64,000 bases of DNA, from positions 1 through 64,000 of IMG/VR virus record IMGVR_UViG_3300025277_002331, one strand, 5' to 3'. Positions within the stretch are counted from its first letter, which is position 1. Each line of letters opens with the position of its first letter. This DNA comes from an uncultured virus (IMG/VR IMGVR_UViG_3300025277_002331) (Duplodnaviria; Heunggongvirae; Uroviricota; Caudoviricetes). The translations under genes were made by a program, and so were the position numbers. This document shows, piece after piece, positions 26,058 to 35,738 of this stretch. The notes below the pieces were generated by a model that was not told the origin of the DNA, made no database searches, and was given only the letters and a program-made list of their open reading frames with translations.

Positions 26058-26771
26058 ATGGCAACGATAGCCTTTTATGCTGGAGATGGCCATACTATAG
26101 AGCATACCCAAGGTTCTGGACTAGGATTTTTTTCCGGTGCTTTTGGTAGTTCTGTAGAGGTTGGCGCATTCCAAGGCGCAACATTCATTACAGATTCTTC
26201 TGGTTCCACTGAGGGTCCAGTAGTAGATAACATTAAGTATAAAGACAGTCAAAGTGGTATAGTCACAGGTGCTCCAGATGGAACTGGACTTAAATATATT
26301 CCAAACTATAGAGCACCGCTGAATATCAGATTTACTCATGCGAGCGCTGTGAAAACACAGAATGTAAGAATGAGAATTTTTGATAGGACTAATGCAGACT
26401 ATCCGGCAAGCGGCGTAAGCACCAGAGTTGCCGAACTAATTCACCCAAACAACACCATGACAGTATTGGGGTCTGGAGATGGGCTTTGGTGGGGAGATTC
26501 TGCTCATGACGGTACAGACGTTCATGACGGCATGACCGGAGGAGCCAACCAAGATGTAAGACTGGGAGCAAGTGCTTACACAGTTGGTGGAACTGGTATC
26601 ATAGTTCCACTGTCAGATTCTCCAGCAACCAGTGGAGAGCATTGTGGAACTGGTTCCGGCAGCGTGATTACAGACACTCAGCACGATTGGTTTATAGCAA
26701 TCAGCGCAAGCCCAGATAGCATTGGTAGCAAAACCAGTTATGGTCTTTATGTTAGCCTAGAATATCTCTAG
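26058..26771 (+). CDS. Putative virion structural protein
   Basis: 237 aa Gly/Ser/Thr-rich; strong SD aaggag; last gene of the + arm. Confidence 0.5.
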   Translation: MATIAFYAGDGHTIEHTQGSGLGFFSGAFGSSVEVGAFQGATFITDSSGSTEGPVVDNIKYKDSQSGIVTGAPDGTGLKYIPNYRAPLNIRFTHASAVKTQNVRMRIFDRTNADYPASGVSTRVAELIHPNNTMTVLGSGDGLWWGDSAHDGTDVHDGMTGGANQDVRLGASAYTVGGTGIIVPLSDSPATSGEHCGTGSGSVITDTQHDWFIAISASPDSIGSKTSYGLYVSLEYL

Positions 26772-26814
26772 GAAAGCTGCAACAAATTTAATTGTCGTTG
26801 TCATGGGTGACAAC

Positions 26815-26854
26815 AAAAAAGCCCCGGCTCGTAAGAACCGGGGCTTTCTTTTTT
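26815..26854. terminator. Bidirectional Rho-independent terminator
   Basis: aaaaaa-gccccggctc-gtaa-gaaccggggc-tttctttttt between convergent genes. Confidence 0.9.
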
Positions 26855-26870
26855 CGGACTGTCAGAGATT

Positions 26871-27206
26871 CTACACTAGCTTTTTACTTTTGGCGTCCCA
26901 TTTCATCCAGCCCTTGTCAGGAAGCCAGTCTCCGTCTTTCCCCTTTCTCTTGGGGAATAATCCTCCACCCTTCTTATGAGAACCAAACTGCAAAACTGCT
27001 CCGCAGTCCAGACATCTAATCTCATAGTAGTGATTATCTTCTACGGTTCTGACAACAAACTTTAGATTTTCAGCACCACATTTTCCACAGACGCCCTCGT
27101 CAAAAACCTCTTGAAATCGAGCGAGTTGCTCGAACATTTCTCGTTGGGTGTCGCATTCAAATTCGGCGGTTAGCCGACCGTTCGCATTTTTGTAAGATGC
27201 TCTCAT
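26871..27206 (-). CDS. Hypothetical Zn-ribbon protein
   Basis: CGKCG...CLDCG; ATGA overlap with the upstream gene. Confidence 0.65.
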   Translation of the reverse strand: MRASYKNANGRLTAEFECDTQREMFEQLARFQEVFDEGVCGKCGAENLKFVVRTVEDNHYYEIRCLDCGAVLQFGSHKKGGGLFPKRKGKDGDWLPDKGWMKWDAKSKKLV

Positions 27207-28126
27207 TGCTTTCTCCATTCTGAGTCGTATCCAGAGATTTCTTCTGGAATACTAGTATCGCCGTTTTGATACTTATTCAGTTGCCTAATCATTTCGCTCG
27301 CAGTATTTTTAGTAATACTATCAATTTTAGAGTAAGAGTTTTTGCCGCTATTGATAAAGCCACTAACACTTATATCAAGCTGCTTACACTTATTGTCAAC
27401 GAATCCAATCTGCTGGCTACTAATCCTGTCTTCAGGGTTCCAGTCCCCGTCAGTAGTCTTAGGGGCGACAGCCTGTCTAACGATGCTGACAATATCCTTT
27501 TTAGACAGTTCCTCTGCTGCTAGCGCTCTAATCTTAAGAGCCTTTCGAAGAGCGCGTCCTTCCGCCCTAGTACTGGCGGTTGCTACTGGATGAGCACAGA
27601 AAAGGTCGTCGGTATTTCCATGCCACACATCCGCCGCGTCAGCATAGGTTCTCATCTCGCCGCTGTTCATCCAGTTAAAGGTAACCCTGTACGTAACGGT
27701 TGCCCTTCCCGGCCCGTCATCGTTGTTTGGTGCTACCACATTGATAGGACCGGATTCCATTATGTCCCCAAGCAGAAGCTCAGCAACTCGTCTAAGCCCT
27801 GCGGTGATTGGGTTTCCTTCAACAAGCTCGTTGGGTTGAAAGAACTGCATCACATAGTCGTGCCATTCGGGGGAGGTGATGGATGGCCTGTCTGATTCTT
27901 CATCCTCGTCATTTTCGTCATTGGTTTCAAAAGAAGCGTCTTCGGAAATAAAATCATTTTCCATGTCAATAGTTTCCAACACTTGTTCTAGCTCCTCTTG
28001 CAAAAGAGACATGTGTAGCCTTACCAGTTCTTCTTTTTTTAGAGAGTCTGTTTTTGAGAGGTCTACACCTCTAGACTCTAGGTCTTGTTTTATTTCTTTT
28101 ACCGTCATCTTCTTATAGTCTACCAT
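27203..28126 (-). CDS. Putative Rad52/Sak-like ssDNA-annealing protein with N-terminal SAP/HeH-like motif
   Basis: MTVKEIKQDLESRGV..KKEELV; acidic linker; ATVTYRVTF..ATASTRAEGRALRKAL. Confidence 0.5.
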   Translation of the reverse strand: MVDYKKMTVKEIKQDLESRGVDLSKTDSLKKEELVRLHMSLLQEELEQVLETIDMENDFISEDASFETNDENDEDEESDRPSITSPEWHDYVMQFFQPNELVEGNPITAGLRRVAELLLGDIMESGPINVVAPNNDDGPGRATVTYRVTFNWMNSGEMRTYADAADVWHGNTDDLFCAHPVATASTRAEGRALRKALKIRALAAEELSKKDIVSIVRQAVAPKTTDGDWNPEDRISSQQIGFVDNKCKQLDISVSGFINSGKNSYSKIDSITKNTASEMIRQLNKYQNGDTSIPEEISGYDSEWRKQ

Positions 28127-28130
28127 TTCT

Positions 28131-28913
28131 CTATGCCTCAATTTCTATGTACCTCTTTGATTTTACAGGGAACTTTTTTGATATCTTATTTAGCTCTGTT
28201 AGTATCAAGGACAGAGTTTGCCTCTTGTTTTTTTCAGATATATTTTTATTTATCTGCTTGACCCTAATCATGCAATAGCCTTTTGAGAGGATAAGGCCAG
28301 ACTTCTTGGCGTCCGACCTTATATTCTTTTGGAGGCTGTCTTCTCCCCATATAGGAAGAAAGTGTGCTGGACCGTCGATTTCTATAGCCGTCTTCAAGGA
28401 CGGAACGAACAGGTCCACCTCCAAGTTCTCAGCCGGAATCAAACCCTTCATGTGAAATATAACGTCGTACCCTTCGCTTGTCAAGCCTTGTTTCAGGAAT
28501 TTCTCAATTTTGGAACCCTCCTGACTGGCCCTGCGAACAGCTTCCGCCGCCATGCTCCGCAATTCGAACTTCTCGTTCTCTGTCATTTCGTCCCACTGTC
28601 GTTTAGCCAGTTCAATCCTTCGTTCTCTTTCTTCTTCTGGCATATTTTCCCAGTGATTAGCCATGCCCTCGCTAATTTTGATTCTTTCTTCTTCTGTTCT
28701 CTTTCGTCCCTTCGTCGGATGCTTATGTCTTCCAGACTTAAGAGCGTTTGACTGAGCCTCGCTCTTGCTCTTTAAGTCTACCCCAAGAAACTTCAGTGCT
28801 CGCCTGACCTTGTTGGGATATGTTCCCAGCTTCTCAGAAATCCAGTACGTGCTTCTATCGTTCTCTACATATTCTCTGACTAGGAAATCCTTGTTGTCTT
28901 CAGCAAATCTCAT
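28131..28913 (-). CDS. NUMOD3 + Vsr/DUF559-like endonuclease
   Basis: KGRKRTEEERIKISEG (NUMOD3-like); EVDLFVP..AIEIDGPAH (PD-(D/E)xK). Confidence 0.7.
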   Translation of the reverse strand: MRFAEDNKDFLVREYVENDRSTYWISEKLGTYPNKVRRALKFLGVDLKSKSEAQSNALKSGRHKHPTKGRKRTEEERIKISEGMANHWENMPEEERERRIELAKRQWDEMTENEKFELRSMAAEAVRRASQEGSKIEKFLKQGLTSEGYDVIFHMKGLIPAENLEVDLFVPSLKTAIEIDGPAHFLPIWGEDSLQKNIRSDAKKSGLILSKGYCMIRVKQINKNISEKNKRQTLSLILTELNKISKKFPVKSKRYIEIEA

Positions 28914-29373
28914 TGTTTATAGTCTCCATCATTTTTTTGATATTAAAATCTTCTACTATAGAAGAAGGCGTCTTGTTGCAGTAATTCTTTATAGCCTTGG
29001 AGTGACTTTCACTTCGGGCGACAAGAACAACTGACTTGTCTATAAAAGCTCGTATGCTGTGTTCATAGTTTCTTCCAGTGTCTCTCATCCATTCCAAGTC
29101 CCATACATAGAATATTTTCTTAGACGGAGAGATAGATTTAATCGCTGTGAGGCATGTAGAAATGCTGGTTGCTATTAAAGTCCCATCAAAGTAGGGAAGT
29201 TCTGTAGTGTTCATAACAGCAAATCTGGGTGGAAGAACATGCGAAGTTATATTTTGAACAAATATCGTATAATCATTTGTACTGTCTTCAGAAACTATTT
29301 CGTTTAGCTTTTTAACCAAGCAATAAGAAAGATGCGAAGCGCTTAGGTCTTCTATTATTATTCCAATTTTCAT
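28900..29373 (-). CDS. Hypothetical protein (GT-B N-lobe-like)
   Basis: LIATS, KKIFYVWDLEW, VARSESH resemble a GT-B N-terminal lobe. Confidence 0.45.
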   Translation of the reverse strand: MKIGIIIEDLSASHLSYCLVKKLNEIVSEDSTNDYTIFVQNITSHVLPPRFAVMNTTELPYFDGTLIATSISTCLTAIKSISPSKKIFYVWDLEWMRDTGRNYEHSIRAFIDKSVVLVARSESHSKAIKNYCNKTPSSIVEDFNIKKMMETINNEIC

Positions 29374-29786
29374 CTAAAGTGTCTCCTAGCTTCTAAAAAT
29401 GACGACATATCTTCTATATAGTCAGACTTATCGTATGGAGTAGAACATATCGAAAGCAATACATCATCACCGGTCATAAAAACTTGTGAATCCCAAATCA
29501 TTTTGTCAACAAATATGGCGTCATTAGGAGTAAGAAGCTTCTTAAACAATTTCTTTCCATCGTGGAGTTTTACTATAATCTGTCCCTGCACACACACTAA
29601 AATTTGTTGCGTTCTGAAGTGGGCGTGATTCCCTCTTTCCTCTCCCTTGGGAACATTAGTTACATAGAACACCCTCTTTGCTTCAAAAGGAAGTTCTGAG
29701 AATTCTATCGGAACCAATGTTCCGTTATCGTCAGATAAGATATGAAGACGCATGGGTGACATCCACGATATATTTAATTTGTTCAT
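29370..29786 (-). CDS. NDP-4-keto-6-deoxysugar 3,4-ketoisomerase (FdtA/QdtA cupin)
   Basis: LPFEAKRVFYV, RGNHAH, Q.LVCVQG, YDKSDYI; exact start uncertain. Confidence 0.85.
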   Translation of the reverse strand: MNKLNISWMSPMRLHILSDDNGTLVPIEFSELPFEAKRVFYVTNVPKGEERGNHAHFRTQQILVCVQGQIIVKLHDGKKLFKKLLTPNDAIFVDKMIWDSQVFMTGDDVLLSICSTPYDKSDYIEDMSSFLEARRHFR

Positions 29787-30678
29787 CTGTTAACTGTTCA
29801 TGAAAAGGTAAACTTACTGTCTCCTTACTCGCTTTCTCAGAAAGGGGCATAGGTTCTCCACAGTTTAATGCATCCATCTCATATACTTTGTGGTTATGCA
29901 AACACCTGTAATGTATTCCGCAAGAGATTTCCTTCTTCTTCATATGATTTACAAACAGGTCGTTGTTAGAGACACGAATCCTATATAAATGATTACTAGT
30001 ATTCTTCAGAGAGAAAGCTTCATTATATAGTTTTCTAATCTCAGACATCCTCTCTTGCTTCTCATCAAGCCTCTTAAGATTTTCGTTGGCTATATAAGCC
30101 TGAATTGAATTTGGGTGCATCTTCCACCCACACAACTCAATGTTTCTTTCCCAGTTATTGTGACGACTATTTGTCCCATTCATGACAAACATTTTAAAAT
30201 GGTCGATTATTCCCTCGTCATCAGACACAATCATTCCACCATCGCATCCACCCACGGGCTTTGTAGGATAGAAGCTAAATATCATAGTGTCTATTTCATT
30301 GTCGGATTCGTTTTTAAACTGGTTTCTTTCTACCTTCTGAGCAGAGTCCACTGTCTTTTGCTTAAACAGGTTTGAATAGCAAAGTGTATATGAATCACCA
30401 ACCCAGTCGACATCATCCGTAAAAGTAAAATACGAATTGGAATTTATGATTGCGTTTGGAACTACATTGGGTATCATGCTGGGTATTGTAAAAGTTCTTG
30501 TAAATATTTTTCCTACCAGATATATTAGACTGGAGGCACTGTTTGCCATGCATGCATATTTTGCACCTACGTAATCAGCAAACCTTTCTTCAAACTCAGT
30601 TACAATTTTATCATGAAGAAGATTTGAAAATATAGAGGTATCTATTGTGTAGTTATTTATATGTGCGAAGTTAATCAT
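29731..30678 (-). CDS. DegT/DnrJ/EryC1/StrS sugar aminotransferase
   Basis: FEERFADYVG, DSAQ, FSFYPTKPVGGCDGG (PLP lysine), GIHY, SLPFH. Confidence 0.9.
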   Translation of the reverse strand: MINFAHINNYTIDTSIFSNLLHDKIVTEFEERFADYVGAKYACMANSASSLIYLVGKIFTRTFTIPSMIPNVVPNAIINSNSYFTFTDDVDWVGDSYTLCYSNLFKQKTVDSAQKVERNQFKNESDNEIDTMIFSFYPTKPVGGCDGGMIVSDDEGIIDHFKMFVMNGTNSRHNNWERNIELCGWKMHPNSIQAYIANENLKRLDEKQERMSEIRKLYNEAFSLKNTSNHLYRIRVSNNDLFVNHMKKKEISCGIHYRCLHNHKVYEMDALNCGEPMPLSEKASKETVSLPFHEQLTDEQIKYIVDVTHASSYLI

Positions 30679-31309
30679 TTTTGATAAGCATAACATTCAG
30701 GGCATGATAATCAGAACATCCAATGATTTCATCAGACTTACATAAATATCCGTGCTCCTTCAGTAGGTTGAAGAATCTTGATACGTTATGTCTATATTCA
30801 TAAGTATCTATAACATTATAAGCTCTGTAAACCCTATAGTTACTTAGCTCAGCAGTTAGGTTAATTCTTTGAAGCAGCAAAAATTTACAGGAAAGAGACA
30901 GGAGATGTTCTAGAGCCTCATCTCCGTTTGGAAGAATATCCAAAAGGCCATTGACAACAATTACATCTCCATCCTCCATGTCGGAAGGAGATATATCTTG
31001 ATACTTAGCCAGTCTAAAATCAGTATCTGAAGGCCAACTTCCTCTAGCAATTTCTAGGGCGCTATCAGAATAATCATATCCCACGTAAGACATTTCGGGA
31101 AAGTGTTTTCTTATAAGTTCAGAATAAACACCGGCCCCACAGCCAATATCAACCAGTCTCCTTGCGTCACATTTGGTTGTCAAGAATTCTAGGGACTTAA
31201 CCAAATGTTTCCAGTGGACGGGATACGAGGACTGTAGCTCTCGCATATTAAGAGAAAGCTGCTGCTTGAAAACGTCGGCAGAATCTCTCCAAGAGTTGAC
31301 GTGTTCCAT
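30671..31309 (-). CDS. SAM-dependent methyltransferase
   Basis: LVDIGCGAG, YVGYDYS. Confidence 0.85.
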   Translation of the reverse strand: MEHVNSWRDSADVFKQQLSLNMRELQSSYPVHWKHLVKSLEFLTTKCDARRLVDIGCGAGVYSELIRKHFPEMSYVGYDYSDSALEIARGSWPSDTDFRLAKYQDISPSDMEDGDVIVVNGLLDILPNGDEALEHLLSLSCKFLLLQRINLTAELSNYRVYRAYNVIDTYEYRHNVSRFFNLLKEHGYLCKSDEIIGCSDYHALNVMLIKND

Positions 31310-31310
31310 T

Positions 31311-32033
31311 TTATCCCCTCCTGTTGTGGGCAATTATCGCCATTCTTTCAGAGCCTTCTTCTTGAAGAATTCCGCCCCCGTGAATAATGTCGGTGTCGAA
31401 TATCAGAAGGGAGCCTTTAGAGGCTTCGGCGTAAACCACATCCTCCTCAGAGTATCCCATAGAGGGGTTGGACTCAAGAGTGTATTTATCATTTAATAGT
31501 TCGTGCATTTGATATAAGTTTCTAATCTTTTTGGATTCTATCTGAGAACCCTTGATGTATCTAAAAGCCCCGGTTTCTTTTTCGCAGTCGGTAATGTAAA
31601 TCATAAACTTGAATGCTTGGTATGGGTCAAAGTGTAGAACAGAATTTCTAGTAACTCCATCCACCTGATTTGGAAGCAAGTACTCGTGGCTAAAAAATAC
31701 TTGTAAAAGCTTGTTTGCGTTACCATAATAGTATGCATCAGCCATTATAGAAAACCATGCGTTGTTAAGAACATTTAACATGGAGGGAAATCTGTTTAGG
31801 TTGTGGCGCTGTATTCTACAAATTTTTCCAAAGGGGTAGGAGCCGGGCGTCACCGTGCCGTCACAACAGTATTCATCTCCAGTGTTCAACTCAGAAAACT
31901 GGGATTCCATTTCTTCACGAAGGGATTCAACCTCCTCGTCGGTTAGGAAATTATCAAACTTGTATAGACCGTCGCCACTAACTACGGTGTCTAGAATGGT
32001 TTGGCTTTCTTCTTGCGATGGAAACGTTGGCAT
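31311..32033 (-). CDS. Phytanoyl-CoA dioxygenase-family 2OG-Fe(II) oxygenase
   Basis: LHFD, KFMIYITD, GAFRYIKGS, FDTDIIHGGG. Confidence 0.8.
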   Translation of the reverse strand: MPTFPSQEESQTILDTVVSGDGLYKFDNFLTDEEVESLREEMESQFSELNTGDEYCCDGTVTPGSYPFGKICRIQRHNLNRFPSMLNVLNNAWFSIMADAYYYGNANKLLQVFFSHEYLLPNQVDGVTRNSVLHFDPYQAFKFMIYITDCEKETGAFRYIKGSQIESKKIRNLYQMHELLNDKYTLESNPSMGYSEEDVVYAEASKGSLLIFDTDIIHGGGILQEEGSERMAIIAHNRRG

Positions 32034-32035
32034 TA

Positions 32036-32692
32036 TTATGCTCCGTCTGTATCTATAAAATGCTGTGGTACTGGCTCTACAAAATCTGTCGACTTATCTC
32101 TTTTAGCGAAACAATAAATCATGCAATCGTTTGGTATAAATTCTATGAAAGAACCAGAGTGTTCTTGAAATTTCATACAGCTTGTAGATGCTTCGTTTAG
32201 GTAGGTATTGTTCGGGTCGAAAACATGCCATTGGTTTACTTGTCTGGTTTTAGTTCCCATCCCTAAAATCTCAAAGTTATTGGCCCTATAAAAATCTCTA
32301 AACAAAGCAGGGCTTAAAGAATAAAACCCCCTTCCATAGAATCCAGATAGGTTGCCCGTGTGTACTATGCAGGAGGACTCTTTAAGCAGGGACAGGATAT
32401 TTTTCCAAACCATGGCTATGTTGAAGCAGCAGTACAAGGTTCCAGAATCTATCACCCAGTCATACTGTGAACAAAGCTCTTCTGGCACAGGGTCGTTTAG
32501 ATTTATTTTGTGGGTAGGATTTCCATTGATATCAAAAGTGTGTACGGTGTCGAAGCCTAGAAGGTTCTTAAATTCATCCATTCCAGACAGGCTATGCAGA
32601 GAAACATCCCCGAGTATCGCACAGCTAGTTCCCTCTGGATTCGATTCTCTAAATCGAAGGAGCATTTTCATATCTGAATGTTCTATGGACAT
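32036..32692 (-). CDS. Methyltransferase-like protein
   Basis: INLNDPVPEEL..YDWVIDSGT, GFYSLSPALF..FY. Confidence 0.6.
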   Translation of the reverse strand: MSIEHSDMKMLLRFRESNPEGTSCAILGDVSLHSLSGMDEFKNLLGFDTVHTFDINGNPTHKINLNDPVPEELCSQYDWVIDSGTLYCCFNIAMVWKNILSLLKESSCIVHTGNLSGFYGRGFYSLSPALFRDFYRANNFEILGMGTKTRQVNQWHVFDPNNTYLNEASTSCMKFQEHSGSFIEFIPNDCMIYCFAKRDKSTDFVEPVPQHFIDTDGA

Positions 32693-33516
32693 CGTTGTCC
32701 CTTGTAGTGTCTGTATATCATGACCTTAAGCTCTGCCATGTCTGGCTCATGTATATTTCGAATACCGTCTGGAACTTCTTCAACAATCTTCTCAGCGGAT
32801 ATTGGTACGTAGTCTTCTATCTTATAGACATTGTGATACTCACAAAACGCCTCTGCCAAATTGTGGAGCTTGACTCTGTGACAGCTATCAAGACTTATGT
32901 ACGAAGACTTGGTGTCTAGATTCTCTAAGATTTTTTTGGCAACGTCGCTTGCGCTAACAAAATATCTCACGGTGTCATTGATGTTAACCCTTATAGGCTC
33001 CTTGTTTTTTATGCAGCTGTGCCATATTTCCAGAACGCTGCCACTGGAGAAGAAAAAGTTCACGCCCTGTATGACAGAGAAGCTGTTCTCTAGCATCACC
33101 TTCTCCATAAGAAGTTTTGTAGAACCGTATACACAGGAAGGGTTTATGGCTTTGTCAGTACTTACAGCAACAACATTTTTTACCTTGTTTTTTTTAGCCA
33201 CACTAATTATATTTCTACTGCCGTTAATATTTACTTCTATAGCTTTTGTGGGATTGTTTTCACATATACCTATATGTTTCATGGCAGCACAGTGTACTAT
33301 ATACTCAACATTGTTCTGCTCTACGATTCTATCTAAAATTTCAGCATCCGTAGATATGTCCACGCAGTAAGATTTTACTTCTGGATGTTCTAACTGCATC
33401 TCTTTGTCTCGTATTTCAGAATGAGACAATACTATAACATCCATATCGTTGTTCAAGCATTCTCTCAGTAGGCTTCTGCCTAAAAACCCGGTCCCGCCGG
33501 TTATAAGTATTGTCAT
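32683..33516 (-). CDS. UDP-GlcNAc 4,6-dehydratase-like SDR (PseB/CapD family)
   Basis: ITGGTGFLG, HCAAMKH, STDKA..P..YGSTK, SSGSV. Confidence 0.85.
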   Translation of the reverse strand: MTILITGGTGFLGRSLLRECLNNDMDVIVLSHSEIRDKEMQLEHPEVKSYCVDISTDAEILDRIVEQNNVEYIVHCAAMKHIGICENNPTKAIEVNINGSRNIISVAKKNKVKNVVAVSTDKAINPSCVYGSTKLLMEKVMLENSFSVIQGVNFFFSSGSVLEIWHSCIKNKEPIRVNINDTVRYFVSASDVAKKILENLDTKSSYISLDSCHRVKLHNLAEAFCEYHNVYKIEDYVPISAEKIVEEVPDGIRNIHEPDMAELKVMIYRHYKGQRCP

Positions 33517-33517
33517 G

Positions 33518-34312
33518 TTAACTCCCGAAAGGCATTCCGCATATGGGGTTTCCAGCGGGAACGTCCATGTTGTCACATATTTTTAAAAACGGAGAGGCGG
33601 CTTTTGCACTCATAAAGTATACTCCCTCAACATCACTGTCCCAAGAGGCGTATCCTTTTTGATGTTCTTCTTGATTTATAGATTTATATAGCGAGAGCAT
33701 TTCCGACTTGATTTTTGAATCGACTTTAAACTGGTAGAAATATTCTGGAGTAATAGTGGAACAGTCAACTATATGATGTCCGTAGCCGGTATGAGGTATG
33801 GATTCACACGAAGAATAATTTATCAAGTGGGTTCCTCCGTCTCTTTTCATATGCATCAGCAACGGTTTTAATGAATAATACCTTATGACAACTGTTGAAA
33901 AGAACCCAAAGGGAACATCCTTATCTTTACAGAGATAAAATAACCCCGCAAATAGCTGAGCATGTTGGCCATTAAGATGTTCGTCGCCGTGGAAGGGGTG
34001 GGTTATTATAACATCTATATCTTCAGGATTTAGTTCTAGACTTTCAAGACCGTTGACAAAAGACTTTGGGAATTCATGAAGGGGAATTCCACCTCTTTCT
34101 GGAATATCTTCATCGCCAACGTACCAATTATTTATTCCAATTAGATTCATAACGCTTTCAAATTCTTTATATCTCTCTGGATGATGCCTTCCGGTTGCGC
34201 ACAAAACATAAGGCTCTACTTCCTCTCTATTGCTGAGGAAATTTAGAATGCCTCCTATCCACAAGCTTTCGTCATCTGGATGGGCAACCACGAATAGTAT
34301 CTTGTGTGCCAT
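33518..34312 (-). CDS. PIG-L/LmbE family deacetylase
   Basis: VVAHPDDESL, ITH. Confidence 0.8.
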   Translation of the reverse strand: MAHKILFVVAHPDDESLWIGGILNFLSNREEVEPYVLCATGRHHPERYKEFESVMNLIGINNWYVGDEDIPERGGIPLHEFPKSFVNGLESLELNPEDIDVIITHPFHGDEHLNGQHAQLFAGLFYLCKDKDVPFGFFSTVVIRYYSLKPLLMHMKRDGGTHLINYSSCESIPHTGYGHHIVDCSTITPEYFYQFKVDSKIKSEMLSLYKSINQEEHQKGYASWDSDVEGVYFMSAKAASPFLKICDNMDVPAGNPICGMPFGS

Positions 34313-34326
34313 TGTATTTCTTTATT

Positions 34327-35037
34327 CTAGAAAGTATACTTTAGTAAATCTAAATCTTTTTCATACATACGCTCTACAATTTTTTTGGTCGTAGAATCGT
34401 ACATTTCTCTATAAGGAGGTCTTCCGGCAGAGACATTGTGGGTTCGATATCCAAAGCCTCGTGCAGGAATGCTTGCATTAACGTCAATAATTAAACACAG
34501 AAGAGAAAAGTCATCAGTGAAGTTTTCAAAACTGCCAACGAAGTCCAGTTTAAATTTGTCTTCTTCATCAAAAATATACATATGTTGAGGGCAGAAATGT
34601 ATTTTGTTTCCGGTGGGAACCTTCATGAATTCGTCATTGTTAAAAAAGTCGCCTGTAAAATAAGGGGTTGGGGCAGGATAGACACAAATCGCATTAGAGA
34701 CTAGCTCTTCAGCCTCTAGAAGAAAGGTTTTAAAACTATAAGTATCCTTCAAATTTCTCATTCGTGTAAGCTGCCAGTAATACTGAGAAACCATTCGGTC
34801 GTAAGGGTTTCTGACAAAAGAAAACTTAAAATAATTTTTTTCTTCTTCCGGTCTGTATTGATAAAATATTTCAAAGGGGTAGTGCTGGGCTGGTCCATGT
34901 TTAAGAGTGCCAAACATTACCGTATCATTATCGGCATTCATGGTCTTATTGAATAGTCCAAGGTACTTTTCAACGGTAGTTCCTGCCGTTTTAGTAATGT
35001 GAAAAAATGTTATTTTACGACGATGGCAAGTAGGCAT
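34327..35037 (-). CDS. Sulfotransferase (Sulfotransfer_2 type)
   Basis: FFHITKTAGTT (5'-PSB), FVRNPYDRMVSQY (3'-PB), HFCPQ, YEKDLDLLKY. Confidence 0.85.
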   Translation of the reverse strand: MPTCHRRKITFFHITKTAGTTVEKYLGLFNKTMNADNDTVMFGTLKHGPAQHYPFEIFYQYRPEEEKNYFKFSFVRNPYDRMVSQYYWQLTRMRNLKDTYSFKTFLLEAEELVSNAICVYPAPTPYFTGDFFNNDEFMKVPTGNKIHFCPQHMYIFDEEDKFKLDFVGSFENFTDDFSLLCLIIDVNASIPARGFGYRTHNVSAGRPPYREMYDSTTKKIVERMYEKDLDLLKYTF

Positions 35038-35738
35038 TATACCTTCTTTAGAATTACTGCCAGATATTCTTTGGTAAGATGTTTAGCTATTATCTTATAA
35101 TTTAAACTACTAGAATGAGATTCATAAAAACGAAGCCATTCTTCCGAAGTTTTTACATTAATGTGCGCAGCAGAGAAGCCGTTATTTATGCAGACACCAT
35201 CAGCCCAAGCATCTTCGCAAGCGTTTTCATGAACCACGTATTGTCTGGATACTCTAACAGCCTCCTTTAGACAATCTTCTTCCCATTCTTTTGGTATATG
35301 CTCCATTCCATCAAGATGTTGTACCAAATCAAAGGAACTGTCTGAGAATCTCTTGAGTTTTTTTGCATTTCCTTTAAAAACCTTGCCCCTTATTTCTGGA
35401 AAATTAGATTGAGAAATTTTAATAAACTCTTTAGAGATGTCTACACCGTATGCGTCTACGCCTTGCGCTATAAGCCAACTCATACAACCACCGGGTCCAG
35501 AGCCTACATCCAGCACTTTAAAGGGGCGGTCCTGTTTGCCTCCCCATGATATTATCTGAGAGTATACTACGGATACGTGACCAAGCTCTTTGGTTGTTCT
35601 TATGACCTGTTTATCTCTATGAAAATCCGAGCCATAATTACAACTGGCAACAAGATAGTCATACTTAGCAGCTTCTGATATCTCCAGTTTCTGGTCTTCA
35701 GAAAGTTCTTCAAGTTTTTTATGTTCACCGGGAATCAT
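35037..35738 (-). CDS. SAM-dependent methyltransferase
   Basis: VLDVGSGPG, GVDIS, SFDLV..MEHI. Confidence 0.85.
   Translation of the reverse strand: MIPGEHKKLEELSEDQKLEISEAAKYDYLVASCNYGSDFHRDKQVIRTTKELGHVSVVYSQIISWGGKQDRPFKVLDVGSGPGGCMSWLIAQGVDAYGVDISKEFIKISQSNFPEIRGKVFKGNAKKLKRFSDSSFDLVQHLDGMEHIPKEWEEDCLKEAVRVSRQYVVHENACEDAWADGVCINNGFSAAHINVKTSEEWLRFYESHSSSLNYKIIAKHLTKEYLAVILKKV

Noticed and set aside
26792..27019. 75-aa + strand ORF
   Set aside because: Runs through the terminator and antisense to a real gene; likely spurious.
25373..32033. 2OG-Fe(II) oxygenases as TET/JBP DNA-base hydroxylases
   Set aside because: Motifs resemble StrG-like and PhyH-like families embedded among sugar enzymes, not TET/JBP; this cannot be fully excluded without a profile search.
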